From positions 29,148 through 93,147 of the forward strand of contig CAWHPX010000011.1 of NCBI GenBank assembly GCA_963831405.1: a stretch of 64,000 nt of DNA. The letters run 5' to 3'. Under the pieces are notes generated by a model. The model ran no database searches, was not told the DNA's origin, and saw only the letters and a program-made list of their open reading frames with translations. This document shows positions 35,999 to 46,159 of the stretch, piece by piece. Positions within the stretch are counted from its first letter, which is position 1, and every line of letters begins with the position of its first letter. This stretch comes from an uncultured Actinomycetes bacterium (lineage in GTDB: Bacteria; Actinomycetota; Thermoleophilia; Gaiellales; Gaiellaceae). The position numbers were made by a program, and so were the translations under genes.

Positions 35999-37871
35999 GT
36001 GCGGGATCTGCGGACTCTATTCGCCGAGCTCCGACCTCCAGCCGGCTCTCGTCGACGCGATGCGCACGCGAATCCGCCACCGCGGGCCCGATCAGGGCTC
36101 GACCGCGGCGCTCGGCCCGTGTGTGCTCGGCCATCAGCGGCTCCAGGTGCTCGATCCCGAGCTCGGCTACCAGCCGGTCGCGAACGAGAGCGGCGACGTC
36201 ACGGCGGTGTTCAACGGCGAGCTCTACAACTTCAGGCAGCTCCGCGCGGGGCTCTCCGGGCACGAGGTGCGCGGCCGCGGCGACACCCCGGTCATCCCCC
36301 ACCTCTACGAGGAGCACGGCGTGCGGTTCGTCGAGCACCTCGAGGGGATGTTCGCGATCGCGCTCTGGGACGCCGCACTCGGGCGACTCGTCCTCGCACG
36401 GGACCGGCTCGGCAAGAAGCCGCTCGTCTGGACGACGCTCGCGGACGGGACGCTCGCTTTCGCGTCCGAGCTGAAAGCGTTCCACGCGCTCCCCGGGTTC
36501 CGCGCCGAGCCGGATCTCGGCGCGCTCGACGCCTATCTCGCACTCGGCTACGTGCCCGGCGCCCGCACCGGGCTCCAGGGCGTGCACCGGCTCGAGCCGG
36601 GATCGCTGCTCGTCGTCGAGGACGGGCAGGCGCGCGTCGAGCGCTACTGGCAGCCGCGCATCGCCGCCGAGGCCTCGACCGACGAGGAGTGGCTCGAACG
36701 CGTCCGGACGACGGTGACCGATGCCGTCGTGAAGCGCCTCGTCTCGGACGTCCCGCTCGGCGCGCTTCTCTCCGGCGGCATCGACTCGGCGATCGTCGTC
36801 GCGCTGATGGCGGCCGCGTCGACCGAGCCCGTCCGCACGTTCACGATCGGCTTCGGAGACGATGCATACGACGAGCGCGCGTATGCGCGTGCGGTCGCCG
36901 AGCGGTACGGCACGCAGCATGAGGAGATCGTGCTCGAGCCGGACGCGGCGGCGACGCTTCCCCGCCTCGCCGCGGCGTTCGACGAGCCGCTCGGCGACGA
37001 AGCGGCGCTGCCGCTCTATCTGATCTGCGAGGCCGCACGGCGCGAGGTCACGGTGGCGCTCGTCGGCGACGGCGGCGACGAATCCTTCGCCGGCTACGAG
37101 CGGTATGCCGCCATGGGCCTCTCCGAGCACATCCCGGCGCCGGTGGCGCGGGCGGGCTCGCGATTGCTCCGCGCGCTCCCGGCAGGGCCGCGCGAGCGGC
37201 GCTCGAGCACGTCTCGCGCTGCGCGCTTCCTCGACGCGGCGGCCGTTCCGCGGGCCGAGCGCTACGGACGCTTGATGCAGGTGGTGTCGCTGCAGCAGCG
37301 CGCCGAGCTCTGGACGGACGACGCGCGCGCCGAGATCGGGGCGCTGATCTCGCCGGGCTTCCTGCTCGGCGCGTCGGCGAACGGCGGGATCGCCGGCCTC
37401 CAGCTGCTCGATCTCGAGACCTATCTCCCCGGCGACCTCCTGCCGAAGTCGGATATTGCCTCGATGGCGCACTCGCTCGAGCTCCGCTCCCCGCTCCTCG
37501 ACCACCACGTCGTCGAGCTCGGCCTCGCCCTGCCCGACCGCCTGAAGCAGCGCGGACGCGTCGGCAAGGTCGCGCTCCGCCGCGCGTTCGCGGGCGAGCT
37601 GCCCGAGCTCGTCGCGGCTCGCGGCAAAGCCGGGTTCGGCGTGCCGCTCGCGGCCTGGTTCCGCGGCACGCTGAGACCGCTCGCGCACGACGTGCTCCTG
37701 GACGAGCGCGCGCAGTCGCGCGGCTGGCTGCGCCGCAGCGCCGTCGAGCGGCTCCTCGCCGAGCACGAGGCCGGCGCCGCCGACAACGGACACCGGATCT
37801 GGACGCTCGTCATGCTCGAGCTGTGGCAGCGCACGCACGTGGACCTGCCTGTCGCCGCCGGCGCCGCGTGA
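35997..37871 (+). CDS. asparagine synthase (glutamine-hydrolysing) family amidotransferase (AsnB/WbpS-like)
   Basis: MCGICG N-terminal nucleophile, GLSGGIDSA-type PP-loop (LLSGGIDSAIV), and a C-terminal synthetase domain. 624 aa. Confidence 0.88.
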   Translation: MCGICGLYSPSSDLQPALVDAMRTRIRHRGPDQGSTAALGPCVLGHQRLQVLDPELGYQPVANESGDVTAVFNGELYNFRQLRAGLSGHEVRGRGDTPVIPHLYEEHGVRFVEHLEGMFAIALWDAALGRLVLARDRLGKKPLVWTTLADGTLAFASELKAFHALPGFRAEPDLGALDAYLALGYVPGARTGLQGVHRLEPGSLLVVEDGQARVERYWQPRIAAEASTDEEWLERVRTTVTDAVVKRLVSDVPLGALLSGGIDSAIVVALMAAASTEPVRTFTIGFGDDAYDERAYARAVAERYGTQHEEIVLEPDAAATLPRLAAAFDEPLGDEAALPLYLICEAARREVTVALVGDGGDESFAGYERYAAMGLSEHIPAPVARAGSRLLRALPAGPRERRSSTSRAARFLDAAAVPRAERYGRLMQVVSLQQRAELWTDDARAEIGALISPGFLLGASANGGIAGLQLLDLETYLPGDLLPKSDIASMAHSLELRSPLLDHHVVELGLALPDRLKQRGRVGKVALRRAFAGELPELVAARGKAGFGVPLAAWFRGTLRPLAHDVLLDERAQSRGWLRRSAVERLLAEHEAGAADNGHRIWTLVMLELWQRTHVDLPVAAGAA

Positions 37872-39139
37872 GCCGGCGCGTCGCCTACACGACGCTCGCG
37901 ATCGTGTGCGCGGTGCCGCGCGTCGGCATCCTGCTGCACGAGCGCGACGCGATCACGGCCAACTTCACCGAGAAGAGCGACCTCATCGCCCGCATGTTCG
38001 TGGACCACGGGACCTTCGGCTTCGTGCCGGGTGCGCCCTCGGCCTACACGCAGCCGCTGTACGCGTGGTTTCTGATCCCGGTCTACTGGATCCTCGGCCC
38101 GCACTGGTGGTGGATCGGAATCGCGCAGATCGTCGTCGCCGTGGCAACCGCCTGGCTCGTGTACGAGATCGGCCGGCGGGTGCTCGGACGCGGAACCGGT
38201 CTCGTCGCAGCGGCGATCGCGACGCTGAACCCGTATCTCGTCTGGCACGACGTGCACGTCAACCGGGAGATCCTCGACCAGCTCGTCGCGGCGGCCCTCG
38301 TGCTGCTCACCCTGCGCCTCGTCGACCGTCCGAGCCGCCGGCTCGCCGTGCTGCTCGGGATCGTCTCGGGGGTCTCGATGCTCGGCAACACGCGCCTCGT
38401 GTTCCTGCCGGTTCTCTGCGCCGTGTATGTCGCCTGGCGGCTTCCCCGCGCGCGTGCGACCGCTCTCGTCGCGGCGCTCGTCCTCGCAGGCGCGGCCGTC
38501 GCAGTCGCGCCGTGGCTCGTGCGCAACAGGGTGAGCGTCGGCTGCTGGGCGCTCACGACGGACGGCCGGGCGATGTGGAAGGCGAACAACGCCCGCACGT
38601 ACGGGCTGCTGCGCTCGGGGCAATGGATCGACGACGTCGGCCGGAACCCGCCTCGCCCGCCGGAGCCGGGCCACCTCACACCGGAGGAGGCGAACTTCAT
38701 CTGGCTGCGCACGAACGGCGCGAAGACCCTCCGGCCGGACGAGTGCCTGCAGATGAGCTTCTACACCGATCTCGCGCTCCGGTACTGGCGCCACCATCCC
38801 GGAGGCAAGGCGAAGCTCGCGGCTCTCTCCGCGAAGCTGCTCTGGCAGCCGAACGTCTTCGAGACGACCGGCCGCAGCGGCGCCGGATCGCAGCTCGACG
38901 TCGGGCGCCGGGTCATCGAGCCCGCGTACATGTGGGCGCTCTACGCGCTCGCGGCCGTCGGGCTCTTCGTCGCCCCGCGCGCGTTCGTCGTCTTCGCGCT
39001 GTCGCTTCTCGCCTACCAGACGGCGGCGGCGCTCGCGTTCGTCGGCGCCACGCGGTACCGCATCGCGTGGGACTTCCTGCTCGCCCTGCTCGCCGCCGCT
39101 GCGCTCGAGCGTGCCGTCCGACGGGTGCGCGCCCGATGA
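37868..39139 (+). CDS. GT-C-like membrane glycosyltransferase (ArnT/PMT-like candidate)
   Basis: GTG overlaps the asnB-like stop (GTGA). Loop motif TEKSDLIARMFVDHGTFGF and AYTQPLYAWFL. About 9 TM segments, 423 aa. Confidence 0.65.
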   Translation: MSRRVAYTTLAIVCAVPRVGILLHERDAITANFTEKSDLIARMFVDHGTFGFVPGAPSAYTQPLYAWFLIPVYWILGPHWWWIGIAQIVVAVATAWLVYEIGRRVLGRGTGLVAAAIATLNPYLVWHDVHVNREILDQLVAAALVLLTLRLVDRPSRRLAVLLGIVSGVSMLGNTRLVFLPVLCAVYVAWRLPRARATALVAALVLAGAAVAVAPWLVRNRVSVGCWALTTDGRAMWKANNARTYGLLRSGQWIDDVGRNPPRPPEPGHLTPEEANFIWLRTNGAKTLRPDECLQMSFYTDLALRYWRHHPGGKAKLAALSAKLLWQPNVFETTGRSGAGSQLDVGRRVIEPAYMWALYALAAVGLFVAPRAFVVFALSLLAYQTAAALAFVGATRYRIAWDFLLALLAAAALERAVRRVRAR

Positions 39140-40200
39140 GAGTGATGCACGTGCACCGCATCCGCGGCATCGGCGGCTCCGAGCGGCACCTTCTCACGCT
39201 GCTGCCCGCACTCGCGGAGCGCGGCATCGAGCCGGTTCTCGTCGGCCTCGACGACCCCACCTGGAGCGGGGCCGACTTCTACGGAGCGTTGCGCGTTCCC
39301 TCGGTGCGCCTCCGCTCGTCCCGGGACGTCGACCCCGCACTCTTGCTGCGGCTCGCGCGGGTGCTTCGCGCCGACGTCGTCCACACGCATCTCGTGCACG
39401 CCGACGTCTACGGCGGCGTTGCCGCAAAGCTGCGCGGAGCGAGGCTCGTCTCGACGAAGCACAACGACGACCCGTTCCGCACCGGGCCGTTCCGATACGT
39501 CGAGCGCGGCCTCTCGCGTCTCGCCGACCGGGTGATCGCGATCACCGACTCGCTGCGACGCTTCACGATCGAGGAGGTCGGGGTGCCCGCGGCGAAGGTC
39601 GAGACGATCCACTACGGGCTCGACGAGCTGCCCGAGGCATGGGGTGAGAACCCGCGAGACGGCGTGCCGGCGAACGCGCGCATCCTCCTCGCCGTGTCGC
39701 GGCTGACGCCGCAGAAGGGCATCGACACCGCGATCCGCGCGCTTCCATCGCTGCCGGACGACGCGCTCCTCGTCGTCCTCGGCGAAGGCCCCGACCGGGG
39801 GCAGCTCGAGCAGCTCGCGCGCGAGCTCGGCGTCGAGCGGCGCGTCCTTCTGGCCGGCCGCCTTCCCGATGTCGCCGCCTGGCTTCGCCGCGCGACCGTG
39901 TTCGTCCACCCTGCGCGCTGGGAGGGCTTCGGCCTCGCCGTGCTCGAGGCGATGCTCGCCGGGCTTCCCGTCGTCGCGACGTCGGTCAGCTCCCTGCCGG
40001 AGCTCGTCGCCGACGGCGAGACCGGCTTCCTCGTGCCTCCCGACGACCCGCGGGCGCTCGCCGACGCGCTCCGCCTCGCGCTCGAGCTGCCCGCGCTCGG
40101 CGCAGCCGGACGGGAGCGGGCCCGGACGGAGTTCTCGGTCGCGCGCATGGCCGACCGCACGGCGGCCCTCTACGCGTCGATCCTCGAGTCGAGGCGCTGA
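39136..40200 (+). CDS. GT4-type glycosyltransferase 6
   Basis: MRVMHVHRIRGIGGSERHLL..., WEGFGLAVLEAMLAGLPVV. The ATG overlaps the upstream stop. Paralogue of 40204-41304. Confidence 0.85.
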   Translation: MRVMHVHRIRGIGGSERHLLTLLPALAERGIEPVLVGLDDPTWSGADFYGALRVPSVRLRSSRDVDPALLLRLARVLRADVVHTHLVHADVYGGVAAKLRGARLVSTKHNDDPFRTGPFRYVERGLSRLADRVIAITDSLRRFTIEEVGVPAAKVETIHYGLDELPEAWGENPRDGVPANARILLAVSRLTPQKGIDTAIRALPSLPDDALLVVLGEGPDRGQLEQLARELGVERRVLLAGRLPDVAAWLRRATVFVHPARWEGFGLAVLEAMLAGLPVVATSVSSLPELVADGETGFLVPPDDPRALADALRLALELPALGAAGRERARTEFSVARMADRTAALYASILESRR

Positions 40201-40203
40201 CCG

Positions 40204-41304
40204 TCACGCCGCGCGCTCGAGCGCCCCTTCGTAGAGGAGCTCGGTGCGCTCGGTGCAGAACGTCTGCTGGAAGCGCGAGAGCGCGCGGCGGCGCCCCGCC
40301 TCTCCCATCTCGCGCGCGAGGTCGAGGTTCCCGGCGAGACGGACGATCGCCTCCGCGAGCGGCGCCGCCTCACCCGGCGGCACGAGCAGGCCGGTCTCGC
40401 CGTCGCGCACGAGCTCGCCGAGGCCGCCGATCGAGGCGGCGACGACCGGGCGCGCGCGCTCCATCGCCTCGAGCGCGACCATGCCGAAGCCCTCGCCCAT
40501 CGAGGGCACGACGACGACTGCGGCGCGCTCGATCGCCGCCTGGATCGGCGAGACGTGCCCGAGGAACCGGACCGAGTCGAGCACGCCGAGCTCGCGCGCG
40601 AGCGCCTTGAGCGCGGGCTCGAGCGGGCCGCGGCCTGCGATCTCGAGCTCGAGCTCCGGGAGCTCGCGCTTGGCCGCCGCGAACGCGCGCAGGAGGACGA
40701 TGTGCCCCTTGATCGGGATCAGGCGGCCCACGCAAAGGAGCCGCGGCACGCTGTCTGCGTACGCCTTCGGGTCGCCGTTCGGGTCGATGCCGTAGTGCAC
40801 GATCTCGAAGCTCTCGTCGTCGAAGCCCTCCACGTCCTCGAGATACCGCGCCAGCCCGCGGGAGATCGCGATGTGGACGTTCGCGAGGCTTGCGAACGCA
40901 CGGTCGGCGAGCCCGAAGTACGGGGCCTCGCGGAACTCGTTGAACCCGTGCTTCGTCGAGAACCGGAGCGGCACGCGGGCGACCGTGCCCGCGAGGAGAC
41001 CGTACGCGTCGGCGTGCACGAGGTGCGTGTGCAGGATCACGGGCCGCACGCGCATCAGGTACGCGGTGAGACGCACGAAGGCGAACGGGTCGAAGTCCGC
41101 TCGCAGCGGGATCGAGTCGAGCGGCACGCCGCGGGCGCGCAGCGCGCGGGCGAAGTCCCAGGCGCCCGGCTCGTTCTCGTGGAGCATCAGCATCCGCACG
41201 TCCCAGCCGCGCTCGCGCAGCCGCGGCAGCAGCGAAAGGAGATGCGCCTCCGAGCCGGAGATGCCCGCGACCTTCTGGAGATGGAGGACCGTGCCGGGCT
41301 TCAT
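40204..41304 (-). CDS. GT4-type glycosyltransferase 7
   Basis: MKPGTVLHLQKVAGISGSEAHLL..., GEGFGMVALEAMERARPVV. Intact 366 aa. Confidence 0.85.
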   Translation of the reverse strand: MKPGTVLHLQKVAGISGSEAHLLSLLPRLRERGWDVRMLMLHENEPGAWDFARALRARGVPLDSIPLRADFDPFAFVRLTAYLMRVRPVILHTHLVHADAYGLLAGTVARVPLRFSTKHGFNEFREAPYFGLADRAFASLANVHIAISRGLARYLEDVEGFDDESFEIVHYGIDPNGDPKAYADSVPRLLCVGRLIPIKGHIVLLRAFAAAKRELPELELEIAGRGPLEPALKALARELGVLDSVRFLGHVSPIQAAIERAAVVVVPSMGEGFGMVALEAMERARPVVAASIGGLGELVRDGETGLLVPPGEAAPLAEAIVRLAGNLDLAREMGEAGRRRALSRFQQTFCTERTELLYEGALERAA

Positions 41305-42282
41305 CGGCGCCGAACGGTAGCGAGGAGCGCGTCGGCCCAGTGCTCGACGGAGTGGTTGGCCGCGACGAGAGCACGCAGCTCCGGCCGGCGGCGCCGGTCG
41401 AGCACGCGCAGCCGCTCCGCGAGATCCTGCGGATCGTCGCGGTCGAAGCGCAGCTCGGCGGGCAGCAGGTCGTCGAAGACCGGATTCGACGCGAGCACGG
41501 GCAGGCACGACGCAGCCGCTTCGTAGACGACCTTGTCCGGCGCGCCGGCGCGCATGTTGTTCACGAGCACGTGGCTGCGCGCGAAGAGCTCGGGGATGCG
41601 CGCGCGCCGGACGGGACCGCCGAGATCCGCGTCCGGAAACGAGCGCTGCAGGTCGCGCTTGTAGCCCTCGAACGTCGCATCCGACCCGTGGGCCTCGACC
41701 TGCGCGCCGGCGAGCGCCGCGCCGCGCAGGATGGTCTCGAGGCCCTTTGCGGGCGAGTAGCGGCCGAGCACGAGGATGCGCAGCTTCTCGCCGGCGGGCG
41801 GCTCGGAGCACGCGAACTCGCCGAGGTCGATGCCGTGGCCGATGCCGTGCACCTTCGACGAGCGCAGCGGAAACGACCTGCGATCGACCGACACGACGGT
41901 CGTCGCGAGCTTCTCGGCGAGCCGCAGGACGGCGTGGGCCTTCCAGTGCGTGTACCAGAGGACGAGCGGGATGCGACGCGGCCGCACGAGCGGCGCCGCG
42001 AGCACGACGTAGAGCGGGACCATGTGCGCGACGACGCCGATCGGGCGGGCATCGAGCTCCCGCGCAAGCGCCGCGTGTGAAGCGGGCGCCGCGTTGAGCC
42101 TGGGTCCGCGCGCCGAACTCGTGCACGCGGACGTTTGCCGGCACGGCGCCGTCGGCCGCCGTGTCGCAGAGCACCACCAGCTCGTCGACGCGTTCGGCGA
42201 GCGCGCGCACCATCGGCACGGTCGCAGCGAGCACCGGATCGTCCGGGTCGAGCCGCTGTGTGGCGAAGACGAGCCGCTGCAT
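41301..42282 (-). pseudogene. divergent GT-B-fold glycosyltransferase (paralogue a of 45158-46159); one apparent +1 frameshift near 42070-42082
   Basis: N-part MQRLVFATQRLDPDDPVLAATVPMVRALAERVDELVVL...RGARF. C-part AALARELDARPIGVVAHMVPLYVV...DKVVYEAAASCLPVLAS in the next frame. It aligns colinearly by eye with the intact paralogue. The span of 982 nt is 1 mod 3. Confidence 0.7.
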
Positions 42283-43142
42283 CAGAAGAAGTCGAGGTCG
42301 CCGAGCGTGAACGACCAGTCGCTTCGTCTCTTCGGCAGCTCCGGTGCGTCGGGGGTGAGGCGCTTGCCGATGAAACGGATCGTCCGGGGCGTCGGCACGA
42401 ACCCGGCGGCGAGATAGCGGCGCTCCTCGCCCGGGTTGACCATGGCGACCGCGAGATCCGCCTCCGCCGCGCGCGCCGCGCGGCGCAGGACACCGGCTCC
42501 GCCGACCGCCTCGCAGATCACCGCGGAGGAGAAGCCGTGCCAGACGCTGTGCGTGACGATGGCCCACCCGTCGCCGTCGTCGACGCGCACGTAGGCGCGC
42601 GGCGAGTCCGCGTAGCGCCAGTTCAGGTACTCCGGGTCGCGGACGAGATGATGCGCGCCGAGGTGCACGCTCTCCGTGAACGGCCGCACGTCCGGGCCGC
42701 CGCGAAGCTCGCCGCGGCCCTTCTTCCGCAGCCGCTTCGGCCGCACCCAGATCCGGAGGGACGTCACGTCCTCCCAGCCGAGCCGGCCGACGAGGATCGG
42801 GCCGGCCATCGGGTTCGTGAACCCGAGCGCCCACCCCGCCCCGGCCGCCGCCGCCTGCTCCTCGTTCGCGAGCTCGAGCGTCGAGAAGACCCCGCGCCCC
42901 CGCGCCGCGGGCGTCGTCACCGCGTGCACCGCGAACGCCGCGAGCCCCTGGCTCATCCGGGCGAACGACATGGCGAGCGTGCCGAGAGGGGCGCCGTCGT
43001 CGTCACGCGCCTCGTTCAGGATCCGCGGCCCGGCGGGGTTGCGGTCGAACCACCAGTCGAACTCGGCCGGCGACATCGCCTCCCCGTACGTCTCCTGCAT
43101 CAGCGCGAGGAACTCGTCGCGCCTCGCGGGCTCGACGATCAC
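42282..43142 (-). CDS. GNAT-family acetyltransferase-like protein
   Basis: 286 aa. AVTTPAARGRGVFSTLE resembles the acetyl-CoA-binding motif A. C-terminal second lobe ends in FTLGDLDFF. GTG start overlaps the deacetylase stop. Confidence 0.6.
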   Translation of the reverse strand: MIVEPARRDEFLALMQETYGEAMSPAEFDWWFDRNPAGPRILNEARDDDGAPLGTLAMSFARMSQGLAAFAVHAVTTPAARGRGVFSTLELANEEQAAAAGAGWALGFTNPMAGPILVGRLGWEDVTSLRIWVRPKRLRKKGRGELRGGPDVRPFTESVHLGAHHLVRDPEYLNWRYADSPRAYVRVDDGDGWAIVTHSVWHGFSSAVICEAVGGAGVLRRAARAAEADLAVAMVNPGEERRYLAAGFVPTPRTIRFIGKRLTPDAPELPKRRSDWSFTLGDLDFF

Positions 43143-44026
43143 TTCGAGGACGTGCCCAGCGCCGCGTTGAAGACGCGGCGGGCGCGGGTGCCGGTGACCG
43201 TGTCCTTCACCGCGATGAGATCGCAGGCGCCGGCGAGCACGAGCTCGAAGGTGCGGGACGAGTACGGCTCGACGTTGTAGCGGCGGAGCTGCAGCGGGTC
43301 GCTTGCGGGAGTGTTCGCCCCGGAGACGGCCGTGAACGCGACGTCGTACCCCGCCTGGCGCACGAGGCTGAGATGCACCTGCTTGTAGTGCGCCTCCGAG
43401 CCCTTCACGTACGAGAACGCGCGTACCGGACGGCCGAGGCGCTCCTCGAGGCGGAGCTTCGAGATCGCGATCTCGCGGGCCGCCTCGTCGAGCTCGAGGT
43501 CTGCGAGCGGCCGATGGCTGATGCCGTGCGACTCGATGCGCACGCCGAGACGCTCGAGCTCGCCGAGCTCCTCCCAGTCGACGGTCCGGTTGATCACGCC
43601 GCTCTGCGCGAGGTGCTCTTCGTGCGGCAGCGGCTGGCGGTCGCCGACGAACGCGAGCGGCACGAACTGCACCGCGGGGTAGCCGTGCCTGTGCAGCACC
43701 GGCGCCGCGTTCTCGAGGTTGTCGCGGTAGCCGTCGTCGAACGTGATCAGCACGGCTCCGTCGGGCAGCGCGGCGCCGTCGACGTAGTGGCCGAGTACCG
43801 CGTCGAGATCGACGACCGTGTAGCCGAGCTCTCGCAGCTGCGCCATCTGCTCGTCGAAGATCGAGACCGGCATCGACATCCGGTTGCCGGGCACGTCGTT
43901 CACCTTGTGGTACATGAGGACGCGGAGGCTCCGGCCGTCGCCGTTCACGACGCCGATGCCGTTCGCCGTCTCGCCGATCGCCCGGTAGACGGAGTTCTTC
44001 AGCAGCTGCTTGATCTGCTCGCGCAC
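43139..44026 (-). CDS. polysaccharide deacetylase (CE4 / NodB-homology domain)
   Basis: VLITFDDGYRDN (TFDDG motif), IESHGISH and FSYVKG. Start tentatively at GTG 44026. Confidence 0.8.
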   Translation of the reverse strand: MREQIKQLLKNSVYRAIGETANGIGVVNGDGRSLRVLMYHKVNDVPGNRMSMPVSIFDEQMAQLRELGYTVVDLDAVLGHYVDGAALPDGAVLITFDDGYRDNLENAAPVLHRHGYPAVQFVPLAFVGDRQPLPHEEHLAQSGVINRTVDWEELGELERLGVRIESHGISHRPLADLELDEAAREIAISKLRLEERLGRPVRAFSYVKGSEAHYKQVHLSLVRQAGYDVAFTAVSGANTPASDPLQLRRYNVEPYSSRTFELVLAGACDLIAVKDTVTGTRARRVFNAALGTSSK

Positions 44027-44037
44027 CGGGAGAGAGG

Positions 44038-45161
44038 TTAGCCCGCGAGCACGCCGTCGACGAGGGCGCGCACCTTGGCGGCGTACTCCGGCGGCGTGAC
44101 GCCCCATGACTCGCCCGTGCGGCGTGCGGCGGCCCCGAGGCGCTCGGCCTCGGCCCGGTCGGAGAGGATGCGGACGAGGGCGTCCGCGAGCTCGGCTGCG
44201 TCGTCGGGGTTCACGAGCAGGCCGTTCTCGCCGTCGGCGACGACGTCCGGGATGCCGGCCCGGTTCCCGCCGACGATCGCGCGGCCGCGGCACGCCGCCT
44301 CGAGCGCGACCCTCGGCAGGCCCTCCGAGCGTGAGGGCAGCGCGACGAGCCAGGCGGCGTCCATCGCGAGCGAGACCTCCTCCGGGGCGAGACGCGCCGT
44401 CCACGCCGTCTGCGCCGGCAGCTCGGCGATGAGCTCCCCGGCACGCTCGCGCATCGTCCCGTCGCCGACGATGTGCAGCGTCGCCTCGGGGACGCGCGGC
44501 GCGGCGAGGCGCCATGCCTCGGCGAGCGTGTCGAACGCCTTGTAGCGCTCGAGGACGCCGACGAAGAGAGCGCCGCGGGCGCGCGGGGAGCGGCGCCGGC
44601 CGGCCGCTCGAGGAAGGCCTGTGCGTCGACATACGACGGGAAGACCGCGGCCGGCTCGACGCCGAGCGCCCGGACGAGACCGCTCGTCTGCGTCGAGACG
44701 GTGCGCACCGCATCCGCTCCGCGCACCGCGTACGGCGCGAACGCGTCGTTCAACGGGTTCAGGAGCCGGCGCAGCGGCGAGCCGTAGAGGCGCGTCGCCT
44801 CGTGCCAGTCTCCCTGCACGTCGAGGATGACCTTCGTCCGCGAGCGCGTCCACGAGCGCGCGGCGAGGAACGCCACGAGCTCGTGGACGCCCTGCACGAG
44901 TGCGGCCTCGGGCTGGAAGGCGCGCAGCTCGCGCGCGATGCGGAACGGCAGCAGCAGATAGAAGAGCGCGCCGTCGAGCACCCGCGGCCGAGCGGGGCCG
45001 ACGAGGTGAAACCGATCGTCGCCGGTCGGCCACCCGGCGGGCGCAGCTGCGAGCACGCGGTGGTCGACGACGCCGGCGAGCGCGTCCCACTTGCGCTTCT
45101 GCGCGCCCTCGAGCGGCAGGCGGAAGCGCTCGCGCGAGACGAAGAGCACGCGCGGGCTCAT
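44038..45161 (-). pseudogene. GT4-type glycosyltransferase 8 (paralogue of 46156-47252); frame change near 44572-44612 (one -1 or two +1 events)
   Basis: N-part MSPRVLFVSRERFRLPLEGAQKRKWDALA...VFPSYVDAQAFLERP. C-part ALFVGVLERYKAFDTLAEAW...SRSEGLPRVALEAACRGRAIV in another frame. The span of 1124 nt is 2 mod 3. Confidence 0.7.
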
Positions 45162-46159
45162 GCGCCGGCCTCCTCGAGGACCCGCTCCGCCCAGTGGTCG
45201 ACCGAGTGCCCGGCCGCCACGCGCTCGCGCAGCTCGCGACCCGCACCGCCCGAGTAGCCGCCGATCTTCTCGGCGAGCGAGCTCGGATGGTCGCCGTGGA
45301 AGCGGAGCCCGGCGGGCAGCAGCGCGTCGAAGACCGGAGACGCGGCGAACACCGGCAGGCAGGCGGCCGCAGCCTCGTAGACGACCTTGTCGGCAGCGTT
45401 GCCGTGCGTCGCGTTGACGACGGCGTCGGCGAGGCCGAAGAGCTGAGGCACCGTCGCGTACGGCACCTCGGGCCCGAAGGTCACGCGCCCGTCCACGCCG
45501 AGCTCGCCCGCGAGCGACTCGAGCCGCGGCAGCTCGCTGCGATCGGCGTCGGTGAGCAGCGGGCCGTGCAGGCTGAGCGTCGCGTCCGGCAGCGCCGGCA
45601 GCGCGCGCAGCACGGTCTCCCACCCCTTGACCGGCGCGTACCGGCCGAGCCCGAGGAGCCGGCGGAGGGGCGGGCGGCGCTCGGGCACGCACGGCAGCGC
45701 GTCGACGTCGATCCCGTGCCCGATCGCGCGCACCTTGGGCGAGCGGATCGGCACCGTTCGCACGTCGACCGTCAGCAGGCGGTCGACGACGCGCTCCGCG
45801 GTCTGCAGAGACGGGCCTGCAGCCTGCTGCGTGAACCAGAGAAGCAGCGGGACGCGCAGCGGCTTGGTGAGCGGCGCGGCGAGGAGCGCGAAGATCGGCG
45901 ACATGTGCGCGACGACCGCAACCGGCCGCCGCAAGAGCTCGGGCGCGAGCGCCGCAAGGTAGCGCGCCCCGCGCGCCGCCTGCGACGGCGCGGCGAACGT
46001 GCGCACGGAGCAGTTCGCCGGCAGCGCGTCGCCGGCCGCCGTGTCGGCAATCACCACGACCTCGTCGACGCGCGCGGCGAGGGCGCGGATCTTCGCGAGC
46101 GTCGCGCCGAGCACGGGGTGCCCGGGATCGGCAGCCTGCGTGACGAAGACGAGCCTCAT
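45158..46159 (-). CDS. divergent GT-B-fold glycosyltransferase (paralogue b), intact
   Basis: MRLVFVTQAADPGHPVLGATLAKIRALAARVDEVVVI ... DKVVYEAAAACLPVFAAS. 333 aa, with ATGA overlaps at both ends. Confidence 0.7.
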   Translation of the reverse strand: MRLVFVTQAADPGHPVLGATLAKIRALAARVDEVVVIADTAAGDALPANCSVRTFAAPSQAARGARYLAALAPELLRRPVAVVAHMSPIFALLAAPLTKPLRVPLLLWFTQQAAGPSLQTAERVVDRLLTVDVRTVPIRSPKVRAIGHGIDVDALPCVPERRPPLRRLLGLGRYAPVKGWETVLRALPALPDATLSLHGPLLTDADRSELPRLESLAGELGVDGRVTFGPEVPYATVPQLFGLADAVVNATHGNAADKVVYEAAAACLPVFAASPVFDALLPAGLRFHGDHPSSLAEKIGGYSGGAGRELRERVAAGHSVDHWAERVLEEAGA

